This document shows, in pieces, positions 1 to 5,568 of a DNA stretch of 25,139 nt. The notes under the pieces were generated by a model, which was not told the origin of the DNA, did no database searches, and was given only the letters and a program-made list of their open reading frames with translations. The stretch is taken from positions 1 through 25,139 of IMG/VR virus record IMGVR_UViG_3300033067_000076. One strand, given 5' to 3'. Source of the DNA: a virus (lineage: Duplodnaviria; Caudoviricetes). Every line of letters begins with the position of its first letter. Position 1 is the stretch's first letter. The position numbers were made by a program, and so were the translations under genes.

Positions 1-380
1 GAAGCCCATGCCATAAGGAATTCCACGAATTCGCTGGCTTGTTCTTTTGAAAAGTTACGGGTTTGAAAGCCAAGCTGGACAATTCCTGTTCCATCAAGGT
101 TAGGAATCACTTTTCCATTGCTTATGCCTTGTTCACGCACGAATTGGTCCACCAAAAGTCGCTTGAAGTCTTCTGCCGACCATTTCGCACCTAGATGCTG
201 CGCCTGTTTAGCAATCTGTCCAATCAATTCGTGATAAAGACGTTCCTGTTCACGGCTTTTACTCTGCTCTTTGATTTCCAGCGTCAGCTTTTTACCGCTT
301 GCCAAGGCTGCTTTGACTTTAGGCCAAAGACCGTTCATCAAAGCAGAGGCTTGCTCTTGGCTGTCTAGGTCGTACTTCAT
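1..380 (-). CDS. ninB: NinB/Orf-family recombination protein (3' end truncated by the window; not in ORF track)
   Basis: Hand translation from ATG at 380: MKYDLDSQEQASALMNGLWPKVKAALASGKKLTLEIKEQSKSREQERLYHELIGQIAKQ...KWSAEDFKRLLVDQF...VIPNLDGTGIVQLGFQTRNFSKEQASEFVEFLMAW. The pattern matches the NinB family. ATGA overlap with the upstream gene. Confidence 0.8.
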   Translation of the reverse strand, partial: MKYDLDSQEQASALMNGLWPKVKAALASGKKLTLEIKEQSKSREQERLYHELIGQIAKQAQHLGAKWSAEDFKRLLVDQFVREQGISNGKVIPNLDGTGIVQLGFQTRNFSKEQASEFVEFLMAWA

Positions 381-631
381 TCCAGCCTATTTGCAACCAA
401 AGTTGCATATCCAGCAATGTCATGCCACGAATCATGGTAATTTGGGTCACCATTAATAATTCTTGCCATCTTGTGAGCAATCATCTCAAGTGCTTCACGT
501 TGGTCAAATTGCAAACGACCCCAACCATTTTTTGTTTGCATAGTTATTTTGATTTGTTGCGATATATCAGCATGGTCTTTAAATTCACCATAACGTGTGC
601 CACGCTCAATCAATGTGTCTTCAATGTTCAT
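377..631 (-). CDS. DUF6378-like phage protein
   Basis: ERGTRYGEF...KMARIINGDPNYHDSWHDIAGYATL motif. Coupled by 4-nt overlaps on both sides. Confidence 0.75.
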   Translation of the reverse strand: MNIEDTLIERGTRYGEFKDHADISQQIKITMQTKNGWGRLQFDQREALEMIAHKMARIINGDPNYHDSWHDIAGYATLVANRLE

Positions 632-891
632 ATCACACCAATCATTCTTAAAGCCTGTTCTGGCCCTTCAATTCGTTCTAACCTACCACCAACCCACTTT
701 GCGAAAAAATCTTGTTGTAGCTTCGTTAAAGCCTTTTTAGGGCCACTTTTGCACTCAACCAAGTAAGTTACGCCACCGTAGCCAACCAGTAAGTCCACAG
801 GCAAGCCAATAATCCAGACGTAAGCACCAGCAGCGCGTAAAGCACTAACGATTTGCTCTTGTGTAGCATCAACACGGGCTGCGTATCTCAC
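628..891 (-). CDS. VRR-NUC-like PD-(D/E)XK nuclease (putative junction resolvase)
   Basis: RVDATQ..IV.ALR, DLLVGY...LVECK and LT..Q..F motifs. GTG start overlaps the upstream stop. Confidence 0.75.
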   Translation of the reverse strand: MRYAARVDATQEQIVSALRAAGAYVWIIGLPVDLLVGYGGVTYLVECKSGPKKALTKLQQDFFAKWVGGRLERIEGPEQALRMIGVI

Positions 892-1043
892 TTGGTCTCC
901 AAAGGTAACTCAACGACAGGCAAAGCCAACATATTTTCTTTAGCGTACTCAAACCCAAGGTCGTATGCGTTTGACATTGCTGTGATTGTGTTTTCATCGC
1001 ATCCAACGCCTCGCAGCATGGAAATCATGTCGTCTTTTGTCAT
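888..1043 (-). CDS. Hypothetical protein, 51 aa (not in ORF track)
   Basis: MTKDDMISMLRGVGCDENTITAMSNAYDLGFEYAKENMLALPVVELPLETK*. Fills the gap exactly, with a GTGA overlap into the 628..891 gene. Confidence 0.7.
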   Translation of the reverse strand: MTKDDMISMLRGVGCDENTITAMSNAYDLGFEYAKENMLALPVVELPLETK

Positions 1044-1081
1044 TTTGTTTTTCCCCCACCACGTTTACGCCATCCACTCAT
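1040..1081 (-). CDS. 13-aa minigene MSGWRKRGGGKTK
   Basis: ATG overlaps the TGA of 1078..1317, and its own TGA overlaps the ATG at 1043. Confidence 0.45.
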   Translation of the reverse strand: MSGWRKRGGGKTK

Positions 1082-1317
1082 TGATTTTTCTCACGGAGTT
1101 TTGCTTCGACTAATAGACAAAATTCACGACCACCGTAAGTTGTTACGCAAAGTTTTCTGATTTCCTCATCGGTCAAATCAACCCATGTGCGCTGTGGTGC
1201 TCGTTCTAAGTTTTGTATGCGCTCCACCAGTTGAAGCAACAACATAGCCACTTCATCTCGGTCGAGTTCTCCACTGTTGGCAAATAAGTTACGAATGTCT
1301 TTTTCTGTTGTGTCCAT
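1078..1317 (-). CDS. Hypothetical phage accessory protein (C-terminal PQRTWVDLTDEEI...EAKLREKN module)
   Basis: ORF track. The RBS TAAGGA lies in the upstream gene end. Confidence 0.7.
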   Translation of the reverse strand: MDTTEKDIRNLFANSGELDRDEVAMLLLQLVERIQNLERAPQRTWVDLTDEEIRKLCVTTYGGREFCLLVEAKLREKNQ

Positions 1318-1349
1318 GTCTTAGTCCTTAATGCCGTGGGCGGCTTCGA
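1315..1349. repeat. Direct repeat A, copy 1 (33/35 identical to 1842-1876; perfect 25-bp core)
   Basis: catgtcttagtccttaatgccgtgggcggcttcga. On the minus strand it encodes EAAHGIKD*, an RBS and the next ATG. Confidence 0.95.
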
Positions 1350-1548
1350 CCATGTCAATCAAAATTGATATGTCATCCCATTTCATTCTGTGCTTTTCAA
1401 ATTCTGTCATTACATCAAGTCTCTGTTCATGCGTCAGTGGTTTACGATGGGTTTCTAATTGCGCAATACGAGCCAACAACTTTGATTCTTTTGCTTGATG
1501 CGCTTGTTGAATTTCAGCGCAGATTGCTGAGTGTTTTGCTGGACTCAT
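1321..1548 (-). CDS. Hypothetical protein, 75 aa (start revised to MSPAKHS...)
   Basis: ATG at 1548 overlaps the TGA of 1545..1844 and follows GAAGGGGG. Ends RKPLTHEQ...VEAAHGIKD. Confidence 0.7.
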   Translation of the reverse strand: MSPAKHSAICAEIQQAHQAKESKLLARIAQLETHRKPLTHEQRLDVMTEFEKHRMKWDDISILIDMVEAAHGIKD

Positions 1549-1844
1549 GCCGCACCCCCTTCTGATTTTGCAATGGCGGCGCGAGCGCGGCTCTGTGCCC
1601 ACTGCTGAAACTGGTCGCGCATTTCTTCGTACCAATCTTTCGGATCGGCATCGGCAATGTATTTCAACTCAGCTAGTAGTTCAGTGTTCAGTTGGTACAA
1701 ACGGCGCAGTTCATCGGCGGCTGCATCCATCAACTGATCCTCTTGCCGACAATAGCCTCCCGGTTCGTACTCGCTAATTTGTGGATATTCTTGAACTGCC
1801 AACTTAAGGTCGCCAGCCAACCATAATGCGATAGGTTCTGTCAT
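1545..1844 (-). CDS. Hypothetical phage accessory protein
   Basis: ORF track. RBS TAAGGAG. AADELRRL...ELLAELK...ARAAIAK pattern typical of phage accessory ORFs. Confidence 0.7.
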   Translation of the reverse strand: MTEPIALWLAGDLKLAVQEYPQISEYEPGGYCRQEDQLMDAAADELRRLYQLNTELLAELKYIADADPKDWYEEMRDQFQQWAQSRARAAIAKSEGGAA

Positions 1845-1876
1845 GTGTTACTCCTTAATGCCGTGGGCGGCTTCGA
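1842..1876. repeat. Direct repeat A, copy 2
   Basis: catgtgttactccttaatgccgtgggcggcttcga. Encodes EAAHGIKE*, RBS and ATG on the minus strand. Confidence 0.95.
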
Positions 1877-2774
1877 TGGCTCGGACAAGTTCGTAATACT
1901 CAATCGGATAAAGAGTGATGCCTTCTTCGTCGCTTGAACGCCATCGCATGTTCGGGTTGATCTTGTTTTCGATGGTGCGTAATTCCTCATCCATCAGCGG
2001 ATTGCGCTGTGGTTGGGTGGTGTCTGCGCGAACATAAACAATGTCGTTGTCAAACACTTGCTCATCGCACCAACAGACATCAATCAATTCTTTCCATTTG
2101 GCATCCTCTGGACACTCATCGCCAACCTGCAAATAAATGGTTTTTGGCGCATCTGGAAATGCCACAGGCTCCTGCTCTGGCTTTTTGGATTCGGCTAAAC
2201 CATAAGGGCCACATAGCGCATATACAGCGTTTTGCACTAGCGCATCAGGGTCAAAATCCAATTCTTTTCCGCAATTGGTTGCTCCACGGATTGCGTAGCG
2301 AACAGCAGACACAACAGCATCACGAAGTGCATGAGTCAGGATTGGCTTGCCAAGTTCGTTTGGTTCATCTGCATCACCCTCATACTGACGTTCTGCGTAT
2401 AGCCAATGGTCTTTTGGAAGCGGATATGACATAACTGCAAACGCACTACCATCAGGCAAAACAGTTACAGGCTCCTGCTCTGGCTTTTTGGGTTGTGCCG
2501 TAGGTACGGGTGGATGTGTGTAGAGAGCTTGAACTTCTTTGGCGATTGCTACTGCCAGTTCACTGTCCATTGTCTTGTTGGCGTTTTCCTCATAGCACCA
2601 GCCACGGGCGACAGCACCTAAGATGCTTTCCCACGCCACAGGCTCTACCTGTTCATTGCTTTGCTGTGCCAATAAATCAGCAGCAGTCATCAATATCTCG
2701 TAATCCCTTGGCAACGTCACTGTTGGATGCTTTGCCATGTCACGCAATTGTTCGATGATTTCATCTTTTTTCAT
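1848..2774 (-). CDS. Mosaic multi-module accessory protein, 308 aa, with three xEPV(A/T) linkers (start revised to MKKDEIIEQL)
   Basis: ATG at 2774 overlaps the TGA of a 35-aa upstream ORF and follows GAGG. Linkers EQVEPVAW, KKPEQEPVT and KKPEQEPVA. Ends IEAAHGIKE. Confidence 0.75.
   Translation of the reverse strand: MKKDEIIEQLRDMAKHPTVTLPRDYEILMTAADLLAQQSNEQVEPVAWESILGAVARGWCYEENANKTMDSELAVAIAKEVQALYTHPPVPTAQPKKPEQEPVTVLPDGSAFAVMSYPLPKDHWLYAERQYEGDADEPNELGKPILTHALRDAVVSAVRYAIRGATNCGKELDFDPDALVQNAVYALCGPYGLAESKKPEQEPVAFPDAPKTIYLQVGDECPEDAKWKELIDVCWCDEQVFDNDIVYVRADTTQPQRNPLMDEELRTIENKINPNMRWRSSDEEGITLYPIEYYELVRAIEAAHGIKE
2164..2188. repeat. Direct repeat B, copy 1 (perfect 25 bp)
   Basis: acaggctcctgctctggctttttgg. 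Encodes KKPEQEPV on the minus strand. Confidence 0.95.
2467..2491. repeat. Direct repeat B, copy 2 (303 bp = 101 codons from copy 1)
   Basis: acaggctcctgctctggctttttgg, identical to 2164-2188 and in the same reading frame. Confidence 0.95.
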
Positions 2775-2878
2775 AGTGGAGCCTCTGGCAGTTGTGCGCG
2801 TTGTTGTTGCGCGTATTCTTTGATTTGCTTTGCTGTCCACGGTGTTGGTGGATGTGTTGGGAAAGGCCAATTACACAT
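2771..2878 (-). CDS. Hypothetical Pro-rich peptide, 35 aa (not in ORF track)
   Basis: MCNWPFPTHPPTPWTAKQIKEYAQQQRAQLPEAPL*. AAGGA upstream, ATGA overlap downstream. Confidence 0.6.
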   Translation of the reverse strand: MCNWPFPTHPPTPWTAKQIKEYAQQQRAQLPEAPL

Positions 2879-3014
2879 AGTCATCATCCTTTTTATCGCC
2901 AGGCTCTACGCCAGTTCCATGACACTTGCGGCAAGCTGCACCGTCATAGTCGCCTTCACCGCATCCATGACACCAGCTACATTCTTCGTAATCGTCATCT
3001 TCGTATTCGCTCAT
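2871..3014 (-). CDS. Small acidic DnaJ-type zinc-finger protein, 47 aa (not in ORF track)
   Basis: MSEYEDDDYEECSWCHGCGEGDYDGAACRKCHGTGVEPGDKKDDDYV*, with two CxxCxGxG motifs. RBS GAGGTG and ATGA overlap. Confidence 0.75.
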   Translation of the reverse strand: MSEYEDDDYEECSWCHGCGEGDYDGAACRKCHGTGVEPGDKKDDDYV

Positions 3015-3199
3015 TTGGTCACCTCTGCGTCAACAATGCGAATCAAGGCAGCAATCATGTCCTTGGCTTGGTCTTTGGTCAGCGTAACGTGGCAACGGGC
3101 AGCTTCTACCACCACGTTTATCCAAACACCGTCTTCATGTGCGTCAACATGAATGTGGCGGCGCTTGCGTGTCGTTTCAATTCTTGTATCGAGTTCCAT
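3011..3199 (-). CDS. Hypothetical protein (start probably MELDTRIETT; alternative start 3214)
   Basis: ORF track. AAGGA RBS precedes the ATG at 3199. Confidence 0.65.
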   Translation of the reverse strand: MELDTRIETTRKRRHIHVDAHEDGVWINVVVEAARCHVTLTKDQAKDMIAALIRIVDAEVTK

Positions 3200-3210
3200 T
3201 TCATATCCTT

Positions 3211-3384
3211 TCATTTACGTTCATTTACTCGTTCTCTTACCGCTTCAACCAACCCAACCCACAACCCAGATTGATCGTCTTCAAGTTCTTGCGCCCTTTG
3301 CTTGGCGTAAGCTATCCAGCCCTTCTGTAAAGCCATCTTTGTCAGATGCTCCACTTGTTGCTCGAATACTTGGTTGAAATCCAT
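3211..3384 (-). CDS. Hypothetical helical protein, 57 aa (not in ORF track)
   Basis: MDFNQVFEQQVEHLTKMALQKGWIAYAKQRAQELEDDQSGLWVGLVEAVRERVNERK*. Fills the gap and ends at the next gene. Confidence 0.65.
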   Translation of the reverse strand: MDFNQVFEQQVEHLTKMALQKGWIAYAKQRAQELEDDQSGLWVGLVEAVRERVNERK

Positions 3385-3487
3385 CTAAGTCGCCTGTCAG
3401 TTCAAGTGCTTTGTTGATTGTGTCTAGATTATAAGACAGATTATCCTTGATTCCGTCAAGAATTTTGTTTGCTTGAAAATAGTTCAT
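3281..3487 (-). CDS. Hypothetical protein (INKALELTGDL motif)
   Basis: ATGA-coupled to the initiator gene. Its 3' half overlaps 3211..3384 in another frame. Confidence 0.6.
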   Translation of the reverse strand: MNYFQANKILDGIKDNLSYNLDTINKALELTGDLDGFQPSIRATSGASDKDGFTEGLDSLRQAKGART

Positions 3488-4299
3488 ACTTTGTTGCCTT
3501 TAAGCAACTCGGCAATCTTGGCCTGTATTTCAGCATTTGGCTTGGCAGCCCTCTTTGCGTCTTCCTCAATCTTGCGTAGCGCAGCGTCTTGGTTTGGCGG
3601 CGTTGGCGTTGTAACGTGAGCCACATCGTATTTGTTTGCAAATGGCTGACGCTCGTTTGTTTTAAGCCATTCAGCCTGCAAACCTTGCGAACCTCTTGCA
3701 CACCAGATGGTTAGGAAAGCGTTTAGGCTAATTCCTGCCTTCTTAGCCTCATCAACAGCAGAACTTAAAACAGTCTCAGTTACTGGCGCTTTCTTAGCTT
3801 TTCGCAATTGCAACCAATCACGCCAAACATTTTCTAAAACACCATCAGGGCAAGCAACGACAGTTGCGGCAACCTTGGTTGCTTTCTTTTCCTTTTCCTT
3901 TTCCTTTCCATTCCCTTCCATTCCTAATGGTAGGACTACGGTAGCAGTAACGGAATCATCCAACACATCACACAAAGCCTTTATTTTGCTTGGGTTTTTC
4001 TTATTGATAACTTGATGCTTTGCAAAGTTGCATATGTGACCGTATTTCTTTCCATCATATCCTTTGTAAAGCTCTATGTAACCAATACGGTGAAGCTCAT
4101 CAATCATTACCGTAATAGTGTTGGAAAGCTCCCGTAGTGGAAAAATGTCAGATTCAATCAATTTTGGATGGGCATTGAAATAGCCTTCATCGTCAGCATG
4201 ATTAAGCAAGCCTATTGCCAACAATGCAGCCTCTGGGCTTACAGAAGCCAATGATTCATCACGCCAAAAGTCAGGCTTGATAGTTCTAATTCGTGCCAT
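3484..4299 (-). CDS. Phage replication initiator / replisome organizer (lambda O-like position)
   Basis: N-terminal MARIRTIKPDFW...ADDEG wHTH-type domain, charged linker GMEGNGKEKEKEK, C-terminal W.DWLQLRKAKKAPVTET...RG.QG...EW domain. Lies downstream of cro. Confidence 0.8.
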   Translation of the reverse strand: MARIRTIKPDFWRDESLASVSPEAALLAIGLLNHADDEGYFNAHPKLIESDIFPLRELSNTITVMIDELHRIGYIELYKGYDGKKYGHICNFAKHQVINKKNPSKIKALCDVLDDSVTATVVLPLGMEGNGKEKEKEKKATKVAATVVACPDGVLENVWRDWLQLRKAKKAPVTETVLSSAVDEAKKAGISLNAFLTIWCARGSQGLQAEWLKTNERQPFANKYDVAHVTTPTPPNQDAALRKIEEDAKRAAKPNAEIQAKIAELLKGNKV

Positions 4300-4666
4300 T
4301 GTGCTTCTCCAAGAAAAGTTTTGTTAATTCATCTTTTGTAAAAGAACCCAAAACATCGCACAAGCTATCGAAATCGTAAGAACCCCAATATCCCATTCTT
4401 ACCAACGTAAGCAAAACATTGGCTTTTGACGCTTCCAATTCGGCGTGTTCATCTAAATGACATTCAGCGCATAAAGTTACAAGTTCATCAACGTCATAGT
4501 CCCACGGCCCTTCCGCATAGGGTCTGTAAACTGGATGATGTGCGTTTAATGTTTTGTCTGCTTTTTTGCAGCAACGACAAGTCCATTTATCACGCTCAAA
4601 CACACGCAAACGCATTTGCTGCCAACGAGGGTCAAGCAGCTTTTCTGAATAGGTCTTTTTTGCCAT
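4286..4666 (-). CDS. HNH endonuclease (zinc-binding; start revised to MAKKTYSEKL)
   Basis: DPRWQ..R..V.ERD...CRCC...LNAHH...LVTLCAECH...H. GCGGAG RBS upstream of ATG 4666. Confidence 0.85.
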   Translation of the reverse strand: MAKKTYSEKLLDPRWQQMRLRVFERDKWTCRCCKKADKTLNAHHPVYRPYAEGPWDYDVDELVTLCAECHLDEHAELEASKANVLLTLVRMGYWGSYDFDSLCDVLGSFTKDELTKLFLEKHNGTN

Positions 4667-4673
4667 AAGGCTT

Positions 4674-4757
4674 CTCCGCAAACTCCCAGAAAGAAACATA
4701 GGCAGGCGGGGAGTACGCTTTTCGGTCAGCTAATTACTTCTGACCTAGCCCTGTTTC
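4674..4757 (-). ncRNA. Candidate structured 5' leader RNA (three-way junction with possible pseudoknot)
   Basis: Minus strand: GAAACAGGGC/GCCTATGTTTC outer stem, GGTCAG/CTGACC stem, GCG/CGC stem with loop TACTCCC complementary to downstream GGGAGT, next to the RBS. Confidence 0.55.
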
Positions 4758-4763
4758 AAAACA

Positions 4764-5069
4764 TTATACCTGTTTCACAAAGATTCCGTCTTTGTTGAGA
4801 AAACCTTTGCGATCTTTGATTTCGTTGTAAGCGCTTTCAAAACAAGTCACAAGGTCAAGGTCAGCACAAGCGCAACCCATTACCAAGGTTACAAGAATGT
4901 CGCCGTATGCGTCTGCCATTGCAGCCCTGTCGTTAGCAGCAAAAGCATCAAACAGTTCAATCAGTTCTTCACGGGTTTTAAGCGCCTGTGCGTAAGGTGT
5001 GCTGTTTTGCACAATTCCACGCTTTTCGCCCCATTGCACAACTTTCATTTCGATTTCTGAATAACTCAT
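4764..5069 (-). CDS. MazG-like all-alpha NTP pyrophosphohydrolase
   Basis: QALKTREELIEL...DAYGDILVTL...AYNEIKDRKG...GIFVK pattern. Confidence 0.85.
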   Translation of the reverse strand: MSYSEIEMKVVQWGEKRGIVQNSTPYAQALKTREELIELFDAFAANDRAAMADAYGDILVTLVMGCACADLDLVTCFESAYNEIKDRKGFLNKDGIFVKQV

Positions 5070-5236
5070 TTTTTGTCTTTCAATAGTTCAGGAAAATGCA
5101 ATTGAATCTGCCAGATGCGAGACTTTGGGATAACCCCGTTTTGCTTCCATAGCCAAACAGTCCCACGCTCAACGCCAAGCAGACGCGCAAGCTCACTCTG
5201 TGAGCCTACTTTCTTGATAAGATGGTCTATGTTCAT
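5066..5236 (-). CDS. cro: Cro-like HTH regulator, 56 aa (not in ORF track; probably leaderless)
   Basis: MNIDHLIKKVGSQSELARLLGVERGTVWLWKQNGVIPKSRIWQIQLHFPELLKDKK*. First gene of the leftward operon, with ATGA overlap into the MazG-like gene. Confidence 0.85.
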   Translation of the reverse strand: MNIDHLIKKVGSQSELARLLGVERGTVWLWKQNGVIPKSRIWQIQLHFPELLKDKK

Positions 5237-5242
5237 GCCAGT

Positions 5243-5271
5243 AGTGTAAAGAAAAATTGACGAAAATACAA
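5243..5271 (-). promoter_or_regulatory. Leftward sigma70-type promoter for cro
   Basis: TTGTAT-17 nt-TACACT, then 6 nt before the cro ATG, with no SD sequence. Confidence 0.65.
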
Positions 5272-5296
5272 CACAACAAAAATATTTTTGCGATTG

Positions 5297-5326
5297 TTGA
5301 AAATTCTGTCAATTTTCCTGCACAAT
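5297..5326 (+). promoter_or_regulatory. Rightward sigma70-type promoter overlapping a candidate operator
   Basis: TTGAAA-18 nt-CACAAT. Contains TTGAAAATTCTGTCAA, similar to TTGACGAAAATACAA at 5257-5271. Confidence 0.5.
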
Positions 5327-5371
5327 ACATTCATCCCGTAGCGCAACGCAAGCGGTAACTTAGGAAACACA

Positions 5372-5566
5372 ATGAAACTCAACGACACCACCCGCACATT
5401 CCCACGCACACTTGAAGAAGCGTTCCCAGACAACGTTCAAGACCAAGAACGTCTGCAACAAGGTCAATGGATGGAACAACACCAATCTGACTACGAAAAA
5501 TATCTCAACATTGTCTATTCATTTGCCGCTGGTTTTGTCGTGGCAATGATTGTATTTGGAGCCTAA
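5372..5566 (+). CDS. Hypothetical protein with C-terminal transmembrane helix
   Basis: TRTFPRTLEEAF N-terminus, hydrophobic IVYSFAAGFVVAMIVF end, AGGA RBS. Confidence 0.75.
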   Translation: MKLNDTTRTFPRTLEEAFPDNVQDQERLQQGQWMEQHQSDYEKYLNIVYSFAAGFVVAMIVFGA

Positions 5567-5568
5567 AC

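Noticed and set aside
1549-1635. N-terminal extension of the 1321..1635 ORF
   Set aside because: Lies inside 1545..1844. The ATG at 1548 has an RBS and an ATGA overlap.
1315-2491. CRISPR array or attL/attR pair from the 25-35 bp repeats
   Set aside because: Only two copies of each repeat, 303 and 527 bp apart, both protein-coding. No cas or integrase gene is present.
2775-2870. N-terminal extension MAFPNTST... of the 340-aa ORF in the track
   Set aside because: TTG start with no RBS. The region is better explained by a 35-aa ORF in another frame coupled to the ATG at 2774.
3883-3924. Microsatellite or phase-variable tract (ttttcc repeats)
   Set aside because: Encodes the GMEGNGKEKEKEK linker typical of these initiators. 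Kept only as part of the origin hypothesis.
271-4668. Plus-strand ORFs over the leftward early operon
   Set aside because: Antisense to a fully tiled, translationally coupled minus-strand operon, with no protein-like features.
4716-4735. Hammerhead ribozyme core (CTGACCGAAA on the minus strand)
   Set aside because: A hammerhead needs CUGANGA-stem II-GAAA. Here CTGACC is a stem strand directly followed by GAAAA.
5233-5433. 66-aa minus-strand ORF as a CI-like repressor
   Set aside because: No HTH or peptidase motif. It spans the AT-rich promoter region and overlaps the first rightward gene.
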